Virus record (IMG/VR): IMGVR_UViG_3300042477_000802
Location: 1 to 64,000 of that record
DNA: 64,000 nt
Origin: an uncultured virus (IMG/VR IMGVR_UViG_3300042477_000802)
Taxonomy: Duplodnaviria; Heunggongvirae; Uroviricota; Caudoviricetes
Strand: one strand, 5' to 3'
Position 1 is the stretch's first letter; every line of letters starts with the position of its first letter. A program made the translations under genes and the position numbers. Of the stretch, positions 37,506 to 47,868 are shown piece by piece. The notes under the pieces are model-generated. The model searched no databases. It saw only the letters and a list, made by a program, of their open reading frames with translations, and was not told the origin of the DNA.

Positions 37506-38231
37506 TCACTTTAAAACTATTAATCGACGTTTAAGATTATTTTGTTTAACTCCATGTGCGGCAAAAGAAATACCCATCTGGTCTCGATACAATCGATCAG
37601 CATTGAAGCATAATCGACAATCAGTACATCCAATTTCTTTGCCTCCCGGCTTTGTTTGAGCTGGGCAAGGAATCCACTTAACATCAGACCCTGGTAAAGA
37701 ATAAGCTTTAGTGGTGGTATGTTCTGGAACCACAATAGCCGGAGCATAACCTTGCTGTCTAGCCAACTCTACCTCTGCGGTAGAGGTAACTGAAGCTAAA
37801 ATAGATACTTGAGACCATTCATGTCGAGGAACTTTTTTCCAAGCGTGAGTATAAGACCAACAGTCTCCTCCTCCTCTTTTTTTCCAGCGAGCAATCGCTT
37901 TATTGATCAAACGAGTTCCAGTAATAGTCCGAGAATCTCCGGCGACATGCAATCTTAGATCTCGATGTGCTGGAACATCTCCTCCTTGATAAGCAGAATC
38001 AATAGCTTTGACTTCAGCCTGCGCCGCTTGCACGGGAGAAATGTGCTCTGACTTTTGATCGAGACGGGCATTAGTTATCCCAACATAAGATGTTTGGGCA
38101 TAGCATCCTTCTCCCATTAATGGGCAATCAGTCGGGCAAGACGCCTTAATAGAAACATAAGTAGCATCTGCTTTATGTGACCCCATAATTTTTTTATTGC
38201 CAGAATCTGAAACGTATATTGCTACGCTCAT
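37506..38231 (-). CDS. Cys-rich phage protein (possible Fe-S / radical-SAM-related)
   Basis: SCPTDCPL...CYA; RLHVAGD; YTH; CPAQ; CTDCRLC. Confidence 0.6.
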   Translation of the reverse strand: MSVAIYVSDSGNKKIMGSHKADATYVSIKASCPTDCPLMGEGCYAQTSYVGITNARLDQKSEHISPVQAAQAEVKAIDSAYQGGDVPAHRDLRLHVAGDSRTITGTRLINKAIARWKKRGGGDCWSYTHAWKKVPRHEWSQVSILASVTSTAEVELARQQGYAPAIVVPEHTTTKAYSLPGSDVKWIPCPAQTKPGGKEIGCTDCRLCFNADRLYRDQMGISFAAHGVKQNNLKRRLIVLK

Positions 38232-38435
38232 ATTTTACCCGCTTTGCACTTAGCTCTGAGTGTTATTATTTAGTGTCAGTAGATAGAGTTGAATCCTTCA
38301 CATCTACAAAAGGATCATTGGCTTTATAAGCCATATAAGCCTTTTTGAGACGCTCCCCATTAGCTTGATGAAGATGGAAAGCTACCCCACCTAATAAGGG
38401 GAAAAATGTAGCTAAGATACAAATTACAACTAACA

Positions 38436-38675
38436 TCACTTACCTTCTTTTTTATTTTTATTAGTGGTCTGCTCAGTAGCAGCTGATACTTTTTGTTCTT
38501 CTGCTAATTTAGCTAGCAAACGTTGCCTCTGACGAGTTGCTCCAGTAGGAGGCAAAGCGTTTAACTTATCTTGGGTAGTTGGATATTTTTGATGGTACTC
38601 TTCTAACATTTTTTCTGCCCGAAGACGACGCTCTGTACGAATAGCCTGAGTAACTGGTTTACCGCGTTTTGACAT
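38436..38675 (-). CDS. hypothetical basic protein
   Basis: AAGGA RBS; upstream TTGACA-N16-TACAAT. Confidence 0.65.
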   Translation of the reverse strand: MSKRGKPVTQAIRTERRLRAEKMLEEYHQKYPTTQDKLNALPPTGATRQRQRLLAKLAEEQKVSAATEQTTNKNKKEGK

Positions 38676-38768
38676 ATTATTTTCCTTTGTGTTAATGTTG
38701 AATGGGGAATCTCTTATTATTGTATTTTTTTTAAATACCGTGTCAAGTGCCAGCGCTTATTTTTAAAA

Positions 38769-39389
38769 TTAACTCTGATGAGTAGACTTCCACCAAGAAA
38801 CATATTGGTGCATTAAAATACCAGAAGCTACTCCGCAGTTAAGACTGCGAACAGATCCATACATTTCAATTTCTACAATATCTTGGCAGAAAGATTGCAT
38901 CTGGGGAGTTAATCCCACACCTTCCTCTCCAAAAATGAAGAGGGTATTAGGCACAAATTGATAGTTAGTAAGTGGAACAGACTTGCCTGTAATATTATCT
39001 ACTCCAACAATAGTATATTGGGATTGAAGAGTTGATATTTCTTCCACGGTAGAAAGCCACTGCAAATCTGTATAATTATGGGTGCCTAAAGCAGAACGCC
39101 GATCCCATTTCTTATCTCCCAGATAAAAAACTTTTTGAGCATTAAAAGCATTGGCATTACGAATCATTGTGCCAAAATTAAAATCACCCACCCAACGTTC
39201 CATGAGAACGGAAAATGGATGCGCAGTTGATCGTAAAACTTGTTTAATTTCTTCTACAGATTTTCCTTTAAGAGCATCTGTAACATTATATTGCCAGGTA
39301 CTAAAATGAGAAGTGCCCGCAGCCATAGCTTGTTGGTGTACTTCAGAAGTTAGAGAAAAATCAGGGGAGGTTCTATTTTTAACTTGCAT
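38769..39389 (-). CDS. SpoU/TrmH-family RNA 2'-O-methyltransferase
   Basis: NFGTMIRN, FGEEGVGL, I.M.G.VRSLN. Confidence 0.9.
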   Translation of the reverse strand: MQVKNRTSPDFSLTSEVHQQAMAAGTSHFSTWQYNVTDALKGKSVEEIKQVLRSTAHPFSVLMERWVGDFNFGTMIRNANAFNAQKVFYLGDKKWDRRSALGTHNYTDLQWLSTVEEISTLQSQYTIVGVDNITGKSVPLTNYQFVPNTLFIFGEEGVGLTPQMQSFCQDIVEIEMYGSVRSLNCGVASGILMHQYVSWWKSTHQS

Positions 39390-39394
39390 ATGTT

Positions 39395-39595
39395 TTAATG
39401 TAAAGAATTAATATCTAATGACCAAGAATCATCAATCTGCCGTAAGAGCTCTTGATTAAACTCTTGATCGGTCCAGCCGCATTCGGCTAAGTAATTAAAA
39501 TACAATTTAAAATAATATTCTGAATCACCGGCAGCAGCCATCCTAATTAAATAGAGAGCAAAATCTTCAATAGTTTGAAAAGGAAGCTTGACCAT
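39395..39595 (-). CDS. hypothetical protein
   Basis: ORF; YL..CGW motif also seen at 59413-59688 and 60281-60478. Confidence 0.6.
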   Translation of the reverse strand: MVKLPFQTIEDFALYLIRMAAAGDSEYYFKLYFNYLAECGWTDQEFNQELLRQIDDSWSLDINSLH

Positions 39596-39598
39596 AAT

Positions 39599-40618
39599 TT
39601 AAGTATTATTGAGACGAGTTACTACTTCTTGCATCAAAGAACGAGGAATGGCTAAGTTCATTCTAATGAATCCTGGCGCGCCAAAAGGTGCTCCCTGAAT
39701 TATTTTAATTTTTGCTTGCTCAAATGCTAAGACATTATGGCATTTAAAAAATCCAAACATTCCAAACTGTTGTTCAATATCTTCTGGAACTAACAAAATG
39801 TTAGGATTTATTTCTTTACATAGCTTTTTATTATGTAAAATATCGGCAGCACTAGTCCGCTCAAAATTGAGCGTAGTTTGAGGGTACAGGTCTAAATGTT
39901 TAGCTAAGATCTGAAAATAAAACTTCTGAGACAAAATAGACACGCCAACAGTCATAGCCTCCATATATTCTGTAATATATGAATGCATTAACTTATTTTT
40001 ACATACTACATATCCTAAACGAAGTCCAGACAGACCTAACATTTTAGAAACTGAATATATTTGAGCGTCACCAATAACTGGTAATGGATGTTCGGTAGGC
40101 AAGTAAATGTGATTATAATAAGCCGCATCATGAACTAACGGAACATGAAAAACGGAATATTTTTTTTCTAAATTTATTAGTTCCTCTACCTTTACAGAAT
40201 CACCATTTGGATTATTAGGATCTAATAAGAGAAACGGTAATTTTCCTTGATTGGCATAAAAAGAACATTCCATGTTATGGATGGATGATAGAGGTGGAAT
40301 CAAAGCCCAAAATGGTTTTTTCATGGTATATTGACTCCACCCCATTTTTTTCCAAGCATAGAAACAAGCACCTAAAGCTTGTTTAGCTCCATTAGTAATA
40401 ACCACTGGATAGTGGTACTTATCTTCTAGATATTTAACTAATGGTCCATATCCTGCTGGAGCAGGATAAATAAGATCTTCAGCGGATAAGGAATCTAAAA
40501 TTTTATCATCTAAATTAAAAGAATTTAATAGATTGTCTCGAACTACATGTGGTTCACCAATAGCACAATCAATAAAACCCGGAGGACATTTATTAGATGC
40601 TAAAATTAAATTATCCAT
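39599..40618 (-). CDS. PLP-dependent aminotransferase class I/II
   Basis: ITNGAKQAL, PNNPNG, DAAY, SVSKMLGLSGLRLGY. Confidence 0.9.
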   Translation of the reverse strand: MDNLILASNKCPPGFIDCAIGEPHVVRDNLLNSFNLDDKILDSLSAEDLIYPAPAGYGPLVKYLEDKYHYPVVITNGAKQALGACFYAWKKMGWSQYTMKKPFWALIPPLSSIHNMECSFYANQGKLPFLLLDPNNPNGDSVKVEELINLEKKYSVFHVPLVHDAAYYNHIYLPTEHPLPVIGDAQIYSVSKMLGLSGLRLGYVVCKNKLMHSYITEYMEAMTVGVSILSQKFYFQILAKHLDLYPQTTLNFERTSAADILHNKKLCKEINPNILLVPEDIEQQFGMFGFFKCHNVLAFEQAKIKIIQGAPFGAPGFIRMNLAIPRSLMQEVVTRLNNT

Positions 40619-40619
40619 A

Positions 40620-42164
40620 TTATTTTAATTCAATAGGCTTTAAGGTAGGGAAAAGTATTACATCTTTGATGTTAGAAGAATTAGTTAGAAAGGAAACTAA
40701 GCGATCGATACCTAGACCTAGACCGATAGCGGGAGGCATTCCATATTCTAATGCTTCAATATAATCTTGGTCAAAAGCCATTGGATCCTTTTCGGAGGAT
40801 GACAATTGCTGTTGAAATCTTAAAAATTGTTCTTGAGGGTCATTTAATTCTTGGAAAGCATTCGCTAATTCTTGACCATTAACAAAAAGCTCAAACCTAT
40901 CGCAAAAATTAGGGTCTTGATCTGAGGCTCTGGCTAACGGAGAAATATCTTTTGGATAATCAGTAATAAAGACTGGCACTGATTTAGTGCCATTTTCATT
41001 CCTATAATCTTCAGTTAGAAAAGGTTCAACTAGGTGCTCGAATAAAATTCCAATTTTGGAACCAGAAGAAACATTCTTGACTGCCTCTGAAAGATCTGGC
41101 AGAGAAATTTTCTGCAGTCTAGGATTATTTTCTTGTTGCACTTGCAGTGTTGATAAATCAATTCCAGACTTATGAGCAGCATATTCAATGGAATTGAGCA
41201 TGGAAACAGAATGAAATCTACTCCAATCAATAGGAGAATTAACCATCCAATTATTAAAATAATTTAATGCACTAGCAGGCAAATTATTTTCTAAATAAGA
41301 AATAATAAAATTCCAAAGATTAGAGGTATGCGAAATCAAATCTTTAAAGTTACCATATGCTTCATAACTTTCCAGCATAGTAAATTCTGGATTATGTCGA
41401 GGCGACAATCCTTCATTTCGATAATTTTTACCAATTTCAAATACCTTTTCATAGCCTCCCACTAATAATCTTTTTAGATAAAGTTCTGGAGCAATTCTTA
41501 ATTGCAAGGAACAATTTAGAGAGTTATGAAAAGTATTAAAAGGCTTAGCGTTAGCTCCTGAACTAATAGCAGATAGAGTTGGAGTTTCTACTTCCATAAA
41601 AGAGCGAGTCTCCATAAACTGTCTAATAGCCTTAATGACCATAGAACGAACAATAAATCGCGCTCTAGTTTCTTCGGAGGATAGAAGATCTAAATATCTT
41701 TGACGATACTTAACTTCTTCATCTGAAAGTCCAGAAAACTTCTCTGGCGGAGGAAGATGTGATTTAGTTAGCACTTTCCAAGTTTGGAGTAGAATAGAAA
41801 TTTCTCCCGTCTTAGATAGGCAAGATAATCCAGAAATCTCAATAATATCTCCTAGATCAAGAAGATAAAGGTCTTGATAATTTGAAAGAGATGACTTAGA
41901 AGCAATCAATTGAATTGACCCAGAAGCATCCGTCATCTTGATGAAAGTAATTCCTCCAGACTTACGAATATTAGTAATTCTGCCGTGTAGTTTCCACTCT
42001 TCAGATAACTCGTCTGGAGAAATAGAGGTGGGCGGATGATTATGACTGCTTTCTTTAAGAACAGAAGCAATAGAATGATGCTTCTCTGCCAAGGGATAAG
42101 TACCACCATTTAAGATGGTGTGCTTATTTAATCTTACTTCCTTTAAACTTTCTTGACTTGACAT
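40620..42164 (-). CDS. lysS: lysine--tRNA ligase (class II)
   Basis: OB domain; YRQRYLDL; EVETP; LRIAPELYLKRL; RNEG...HNPEFT; ELANAF.EL; YGMPP..G.G.GIDRL. Confidence 0.96.
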   Translation of the reverse strand: MSSQESLKEVRLNKHTILNGGTYPLAEKHHSIASVLKESSHNHPPTSISPDELSEEWKLHGRITNIRKSGGITFIKMTDASGSIQLIASKSSLSNYQDLYLLDLGDIIEISGLSCLSKTGEISILLQTWKVLTKSHLPPPEKFSGLSDEEVKYRQRYLDLLSSEETRARFIVRSMVIKAIRQFMETRSFMEVETPTLSAISSGANAKPFNTFHNSLNCSLQLRIAPELYLKRLLVGGYEKVFEIGKNYRNEGLSPRHNPEFTMLESYEAYGNFKDLISHTSNLWNFIISYLENNLPASALNYFNNWMVNSPIDWSRFHSVSMLNSIEYAAHKSGIDLSTLQVQQENNPRLQKISLPDLSEAVKNVSSGSKIGILFEHLVEPFLTEDYRNENGTKSVPVFITDYPKDISPLARASDQDPNFCDRFELFVNGQELANAFQELNDPQEQFLRFQQQLSSSEKDPMAFDQDYIEALEYGMPPAIGLGLGIDRLVSFLTNSSNIKDVILFPTLKPIELK

Positions 42165-42165
42165 A

Positions 42166-42504
42166 TTAAGTATGGGTAGAATAATCTGGAGAGGTATTAA
42201 AATAATGTTCCATTATCTCCTCATCTTCATGAGGAAGAATTTCTTCTAAGGGATCTAGATGATATGGTAACTGAAAAGGATCGCACATAACGGGAACTTC
42301 TAAAGTAAATTTAGAGCCATCTACGTTAGTTTTAATGGTTTGAAACAAACCACAGGATAATCCCTCTTTATTTTCTTCATAAGAAGAAAATGGTAACTCT
42401 TCTTGAGTAGAAAATTCATTTTCACTAAAATTTTCAGAAGAATCTTCCTCTACGCAACCCAAGATAAACACAACTAGACCTAGTGAGATTAATTTTTGTA
42501 ACAT
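42166..42504 (-). CDS. putative lipoprotein
   Basis: N-terminal hydrophobic stretch with ILGC lipobox. Confidence 0.6.
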   Translation of the reverse strand: MLQKLISLGLVVFILGCVEEDSSENFSENEFSTQEELPFSSYEENKEGLSCGLFQTIKTNVDGSKFTLEVPVMCDPFQLPYHLDPLEEILPHEDEEIMEHYFNTSPDYSTHT

Positions 42505-42526
42505 ACAACCCCGTTTAATTGAAAAT

Positions 42527-42856
42527 TTACCACATTAATAATGTGTGAAAAATAGCTCCTACCACAAAAATAATTGTGGCAAATAGCAAATCATAAAATA
42601 ATTTAAAAAACAAATAGGAAGAAGTGGCTTGTTTAGCTGCTAATTGAATAACCACAGAAGTTTGATTAAACAAATCAACTACCTCTTTAGTTTTAAAGAG
42701 CTGCAATAAAAGCAACACTCCAATAAAATGAGCAGGCCCTAATAAGGGAAAGTTAGTAAATTGTTTAACAACAAACCATTTCCAAAATATGGAAATATAA
42801 AATGCTCTCAACACAAAATTAAACAAATACCAAACTACATAAAGGGCATACATCAT
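42527..42856 (-). CDS. membrane protein
   Basis: 3 hydrophobic segments. Confidence 0.65.
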   Translation of the reverse strand: MMYALYVVWYLFNFVLRAFYISIFWKWFVVKQFTNFPLLGPAHFIGVLLLLQLFKTKEVVDLFNQTSVVIQLAAKQATSSYLFFKLFYDLLFATIIFVVGAIFHTLLMW

Positions 42857-42885
42857 AACTATTCTTTCTGAGTGCCCTCACTATC

Positions 42886-42917
42886 TAGGGCGTGAGAATA
42901 AAATTTAGTCGCTGGGA
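42886..42917 (-). promoter_or_regulatory. bipartite phage promoter-like motif, copy 2
   Basis: TCCCAGCGACTAAA-N14-CCTA. Confidence 0.7.
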
Positions 42918-42925
42918 GCTGGCCG

Positions 42926-42941
42926 TGGCACGAAAATTGCA
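42926..42941 (+). promoter_or_regulatory. sigma54 (-24/-12) consensus site
   Basis: TGGCACG-AAAA-TTGCA. Confidence 0.55.
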
Positions 42942-42947
42942 TCCGGT

Positions 42948-43769
42948 TCAATCGGAATTCGCAATCATACTTTTAATTCTAGTGATAGAAGATCGATAAT
43001 CACTTCCAAATAAGAAAACAGATTTGAATAATTCTTCTAGATGTGCAAAAGAAAAACCAGCAGTATCTTTGACCCATTGGTCTAAGTTTTCAATTTTAGA
43101 TTTCCCTAACAGTAATTTTTGCAAATATTCTTTTCTAATTTTTGCTTGAGGAGGCTTAACTTCTAAAACTAGATCGAATCTATTGGGTCTATTTTTAATG
43201 TTATTTTGTAAATCTTTAATGTAATTAGTAGTTCCAAGATATACTGTAGAGTGTGAAAATTTTTCTAAACCATCTAACATGTTTAGAACATCTGATTCAT
43301 CAATACTATCTAGTATATAATTTAAATCTTCTAATAGAACAATGATCGGTTTATCCGGATAAATTTCTCTAAATTTAGAGAGACACTCTTTATAAACGTC
43401 GATGTTAGTATTAAACTTAATTACGACGCCATCTTTAGAAGTGACATTAGATGTCAACAAAGAGATAATAGATGACTTACCACATCCGGGCGGTCCATAC
43501 ATTAAGATTCCTCTCTTAAATGGCATTTGATATGCTGCGTACTTATCTTTCAGGGTCCAAAATTTTTGGATGTCTTTAATGATAAAGTCACTCGTATCAT
43601 CTTGAAAAGCAAAGATTCTTCTTTGCTCAATATCTAATTTTTTAAAATAAAACCCATATTGACGGTCATAACAGGTTTCGTACAAACCTGGAGGAAAAAC
43701 ATCAGTACATTTACTGAGGTCAATCGGAACAAATATCTCGGGACTTGGGCAGGAAAAACCTTGTTTCAT
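42948..43769 (-). CDS. AAA+ ATPase
   Basis: RGILMYGPPGCGKSS; LLED; LNMLDG; TTN; RPNRFD. Confidence 0.9.
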   Translation of the reverse strand: MKQGFSCPSPEIFVPIDLSKCTDVFPPGLYETCYDRQYGFYFKKLDIEQRRIFAFQDDTSDFIIKDIQKFWTLKDKYAAYQMPFKRGILMYGPPGCGKSSIISLLTSNVTSKDGVVIKFNTNIDVYKECLSKFREIYPDKPIIVLLEDLNYILDSIDESDVLNMLDGLEKFSHSTVYLGTTNYIKDLQNNIKNRPNRFDLVLEVKPPQAKIRKEYLQKLLLGKSKIENLDQWVKDTAGFSFAHLEELFKSVFLFGSDYRSSITRIKSMIANSD

Positions 43770-43795
43770 ACGTACCTTTCAATTTCTTGCATACT

Positions 43796-44044
43796 TTACC
43801 ATAAAGTTTTTAATTTAAGTATTCGCCAATATTCTTCTTCTGTATATTGTTTATTTTGAAGATACCACTCTTTATATCCATCAGCATATTCTACCGCTGG
43901 CCCATCTTCTCGATGTAAGAGATCATGAAGATACCACCATTTATTTCCATTAGAAAATTCTATCGCTGGACCGTCTTCTCGATGATATCGATCATTCCAA
44001 TAATAAAATTTATTTCCATTTTTGTCTATATTAATTCCGTGCAT
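43796..44044 (-). CDS. HREDGPA-repeat family protein (cluster F)
   Basis: 2 repeats. Confidence 0.9.
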   Translation of the reverse strand: MHGINIDKNGNKFYYWNDRYHREDGPAIEFSNGNKWWYLHDLLHREDGPAVEYADGYKEWYLQNKQYTEEEYWRILKLKTLW

Positions 44045-44048
44045 TACT

Positions 44049-44435
44049 TTACCATAAAGCTTTTAATTTAACCATTCGCCAATACTTTTTTTCTGTGTAT
44101 CTCTTATTTTTAAGATGCCAAAATTTAGTACCATCAACATATTCTACTGCCGGACCATCTTCTCGATGGAGTTGATTATGAAGCAACCATTCTTTAGATC
44201 CATTACTCCACTCTACGGCTGGACCATCTTCTCGATGTAGTTGATCATGACGATACCAATATTTATCTCCATTAACATACTCTACAGCCGGACCATCTTC
44301 TCGATGTCGTTGACCATGAAGATACCAATATTTATTTCCATCATACCATTCGATAGCTGGTCCATCTTCTCGATGGAGTTGGCCATTCCAATAGTATCTT
44401 TTAGTCCCACGTTCATCTATTTTAATTTCTTGCAT
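44049..44435 (-). CDS. HREDGPA-repeat family protein (cluster F)
   Basis: 4 repeats. Confidence 0.9.
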   Translation of the reverse strand: MQEIKIDERGTKRYYWNGQLHREDGPAIEWYDGNKYWYLHGQRHREDGPAVEYVNGDKYWYRHDQLHREDGPAVEWSNGSKEWLLHNQLHREDGPAVEYVDGTKFWHLKNKRYTEKKYWRMVKLKALW

Positions 44436-44438
44436 ACT

Positions 44439-44687
44439 TCACCATAATGCTTTTAATTTAACTAATCTCCAATACTCTTCTTCTGAATATGATTCACCTT
44501 GAAGATACCATTTTTTAAATCCATTAACATAATCTATGGCCGGACCACCTTCTCGATGCCGTTGACCATGATGATACCATTGTTTATATCCATTAATATA
44601 TTTTATTGCTGGTCCATCTTCTCGATGGAGTTTATTACTCCAAAAATATCTTTTAGTGCCAAATTTATCTATCGTAATTTCTTGCAT
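44439..44687 (-). CDS. HREDGPA-repeat family protein (cluster F)
   Basis: 2 repeats. Confidence 0.9.
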   Translation of the reverse strand: MQEITIDKFGTKRYFWSNKLHREDGPAIKYINGYKQWYHHGQRHREGGPAIDYVNGFKKWYLQGESYSEEEYWRLVKLKALW

Positions 44688-44690
44688 ATT

Positions 44691-45008
44691 TTACCACAAA
44701 GCTTTTAGCTTAACTAAACGCCAATATTTTTCTTCTGTATATTTTTTACCGTGAAGGAACCACTCTTTATCTCCATTAGCATATTCTGCGGCCGGACCAT
44801 CTTCTCGATGAAATTGATCATGCAAATACCAGAATTTGTCTCCATTAGAATATTCTAATGCCGGGCCATCTTCTCGATGATATTGACCATTAAGACACCA
44901 CTCTTTAGATCCATTAGCATATTCTATCGCAGGACCATCTTCTCGATGTAATTGGTTATTCCAATAATATCTTTTAGTCCCGTGTTCATCTATTGTAATT
45001 TCTTGCAT
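44691..45008 (-). CDS. HREDGPA-repeat family protein (cluster F)
   Basis: 3 repeats. Confidence 0.9.
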   Translation of the reverse strand: MQEITIDEHGTKRYYWNNQLHREDGPAIEYANGSKEWCLNGQYHREDGPALEYSNGDKFWYLHDQFHREDGPAAEYANGDKEWFLHGKKYTEEKYWRLVKLKALW

Positions 45009-45011
45009 ACT

Positions 45012-45398
45012 TTACCATAATGCTTTTAGCTTGACTAATCTCCAATATTCTTCTTCGGAATATCTTTTGCCTTGAAGGCACCAATATTTAGTACCATTAG
45101 CATCTTCTACGGCTGGTCCATCTTCTCGATGTAGATCGCCATGATGATACCATTCTTTATATCCACTAACATATTCTAGAGCAGGCCCATCTTCTCGATG
45201 TCTTTTACCATTAACATACCAAGCTTTATATTTATTAATATATTCTATTGCTGGCCCAGCTTCTCGATGCCAACGATCATAAAGCCTCCATTCGTTACTG
45301 CCATTAGTAAATTCTATGGCGGGTCCAGCTTCTCGATGAAGCTGACCGTTCCAATAATAAAATTTAGTACCATATTTATTTATCTTAATTTCTTGCAT
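45012..45398 (-). CDS. HREDGPA-repeat family protein (cluster F)
   Basis: 4 repeats. Confidence 0.9.
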   Translation of the reverse strand: MQEIKINKYGTKFYYWNGQLHREAGPAIEFTNGSNEWRLYDRWHREAGPAIEYINKYKAWYVNGKRHREDGPALEYVSGYKEWYHHGDLHREDGPAVEDANGTKYWCLQGKRYSEEEYWRLVKLKALW

Positions 45399-45401
45399 AT
45401 T

Positions 45402-45719
45402 TTACCATAAAGCTTTTAATTTAACCACTCGCCAATACTCTTCTTCTGAATATTCTTTACCTTGAAGGTAATATTCTCGGTATCCATTAATAAATTCTAA
45501 TGCCGGGCCATCTTCTCGATGGCGTCGACCATGAAGATACCATGATTTACCTCCATCAAAATATTCTATCGCTGGACCATCTAGTCGATGGAGTTTGTCG
45601 TGAATATACCACTCTTTAGTTCCGCTAACAAATTCTACGGCCGGACCATCTTCTCGATGAAGACAAAGGTCCCAAAAATAATATTTATTTCCATATTTAT
45701 CAGATTTTATCTTTTGCAT
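45402..45719 (-). CDS. HREDGPA-repeat family protein (cluster F)
   Basis: 3 repeats. Confidence 0.9.
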   Translation of the reverse strand: MQKIKSDKYGNKYYFWDLCLHREDGPAVEFVSGTKEWYIHDKLHRLDGPAIEYFDGGKSWYLHGRRHREDGPALEFINGYREYYLQGKEYSEEEYWRVVKLKALW

Positions 45720-45975
45720 GATCATTTTATGCTGGCACTGGGATTAAATCTTGACTAGCCTTAAGAACAATTTATAAACAGTCATCCTGAAATTATACAT
45801 ATTTTTAAAGTTTAAAACCTAGCTGTGACGCTTCCACTAGCCGCGTTTGTGTTAAATATATTTATAGCTTTAGACACGTTAAAAGATTTTAATATACGAA
45901 GTGTCTCTCGACAAATGATCGGGGGATCTAATAGGGGGAAGTGTTGCTGTACTACTTAACCTAATTTTTAGTAAT

Positions 45976-46674
45976 TTAGATAAAGGTAAGTAATAGAAAT
46001 AGTAGTAGGTAGTAAATAAATAACCAAGCTAGTAGTGTTTGAAATATCTCACTTAATGTTAAGGCAACAAATACCTTTTTCTTTTTAAAGATATTAGAGT
46101 AATCATCTAATATTCTTAAGGAAGAAAGCAGAATAATAGCCACCGCTAAGATGACATTAATCTTCCATAAGAAGAATACAATTACTACTGAAGTAAAAAT
46201 TAAATGATAAAATCCTAAACGTTTATCAATAGAGCTTCCAATACAATTAAAAACTTGTCCGCCATCTAAAAATGCTAGCGGAAGCATATTAAATATATTT
46301 AATATGCTCATTAAAACTACCGTTTCTTTCAGAATTAAAAGGCCGGTTAACTGATATAGAACGGCTGTCAATGCCGCAAATAAACTTCCACCCAAGGGAC
46401 CGGCTAAAGACACAATGACATTATGTTTATGACTTTTATAAGTTCCTCCAATAAAAGCCAAGCCTCCAATAAAAGGTAACAAGATAAAACCATGAGTTTT
46501 CATTCCCAATCTTTGGGCCGCCCAAAGATGACTCATCTCATGTAAAGAGATACTTACTACTAAAAGTATACCTAGTTTCCAACCCAGAAATATACTATAA
46601 ATTAGTAGAGTAAATAGAACGCACAAGCTCTGTATTAAATACCTATTAAAATTTTTTTCTTTAATTTTTACCAT
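45976..46674 (-). CDS. site-2 protease (peptidase M50) family protein
   Basis: HEMSH; AGP; NMLP...DGG; multi-TM. Confidence 0.88.
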   Translation of the reverse strand: MVKIKEKNFNRYLIQSLCVLFTLLIYSIFLGWKLGILLVVSISLHEMSHLWAAQRLGMKTHGFILLPFIGGLAFIGGTYKSHKHNVIVSLAGPLGGSLFAALTAVLYQLTGLLILKETVVLMSILNIFNMLPLAFLDGGQVFNCIGSSIDKRLGFYHLIFTSVVIVFFLWKINVILAVAIILLSSLRILDDYSNIFKKKKVFVALTLSEIFQTLLAWLFIYYLLLFLLLTFI

Positions 46675-46979
46675 AAAGTTTTTAATTTAACCGTCCGCCA
46701 ATATTCTTCTTCTGTATATTGTTTACCTTGAAGGTACCACCATTTCTCTCCATTAGCGTTTTCTATCGCTGGACCATCTTCTCGATGCAATCGATCATGC
46801 AAATACCAGTTTTTACTTCCATTAGCATATATTACTGTAGGTCCATCTTCTCGATGAAGCTGACCATGAAGACACCAATGTTTTTCTCCATTGCTAAATT
46901 CTACGGCCGGGCCATCTTCTCGATGTAATTCTCCATTTACTAAATATCTTTTAATACCAAATTCATCATACTTTACCAT
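46668..46979 (-). CDS. HREDGPA-repeat family protein (cluster G)
   Basis: 3 repeats; MVK start. Confidence 0.88.
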   Translation of the reverse strand: MVKYDEFGIKRYLVNGELHREDGPAVEFSNGEKHWCLHGQLHREDGPTVIYANGSKNWYLHDRLHREDGPAIENANGEKWWYLQGKQYTEEEYWRTVKLKTLW

Positions 46980-47434
46980 AAAGCTTGTAACTTAAGCATT
47001 CGCCAATATTCTTCTTCGGTATATTCTTTATCTTCAAGATACCAGCGTTTTCCTTCAACAGGATATTCTATATCTTTATAATCTGTCAAACCTGACATTA
47101 AAAAGTACCATACCTGATAAGAATTAGAATTATTACTCCACTCTACTGCTGGCCCATCTGTTCGATGTAACTTATTATAAAGATAATATCTGGTATGATC
47201 TTTATATTCAGTAGCAGGGCCATCTGCTCGATGGCATTCGCCATGAAGAAACCAATGTTTACTTTCATTAACACGCTCTATGGCTGGGCCATCTTCTCGA
47301 TGGAGAAGATCGTTTAAATACCACAACTTATCTCCATTTGTATTTATAATAGCCGGTCCATCTTCTCGATGAAGCTGCCCATTCAACATATATTTTTTAG
47401 TTTTATTAGAGGTTAAGATATAAGTCGGCTTCAT
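46973..47434 (-). CDS. HREDGPA-repeat family protein (cluster G)
   Basis: 4 repeats plus an insertion. Confidence 0.88.
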   Translation of the reverse strand: MKPTYILTSNKTKKYMLNGQLHREDGPAIINTNGDKLWYLNDLLHREDGPAIERVNESKHWFLHGECHRADGPATEYKDHTRYYLYNKLHRTDGPAVEWSNNSNSYQVWYFLMSGLTDYKDIEYPVEGKRWYLEDKEYTEEEYWRMLKLQALW

Positions 47435-47448
47435 TTGTCTTGTAAATT

Positions 47449-47868
47449 CTAAATAAATTGAAGTTTAACTAAACGATTAAATTTATTGACAGAATAAATT
47501 CTTTTACCCTGTAAGTAATAATACACGCGACCACTAATCATTTCAATAGCCGGCCCATCTGTACGATGTAATTCTCCATTACAATACCACTTTTTATTAC
47601 CTTTTTTATCTATTAAAGCTGGACCATCAGTCCTATGAAATAGACCATTGAGACGCCATTCTTGATGGCCATCTGGGCGCTCTATAGCAGGACCATCTTC
47701 TCGATGAAGAGTACCATTTTTATGGTAGATAGAAAATCCATTAGGATATACAGTTCGATAACCAACATTACGGTAATAATATTTCTTAATGCCACAAGAA
47801 ATTTCTATAATAGAGTAATCTCCTTCTTCGTGGCATTTAATTTCTTGATTAAGATCAATGATCGTCAT
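47449..47868 (-). CDS. divergent HREDGPA-repeat protein (cluster G)
   Basis: 3 repeats; tail RLVKLQFI; start likely MTIIDLNQEIK. Confidence 0.8.
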   Translation of the reverse strand: MTIIDLNQEIKCHEEGDYSIIEISCGIKKYYYRNVGYRTVYPNGFSIYHKNGTLHREDGPAIERPDGHQEWRLNGLFHRTDGPALIDKKGNKKWYCNGELHRTDGPAIEMISGRVYYYLQGKRIYSVNKFNRLVKLQFI

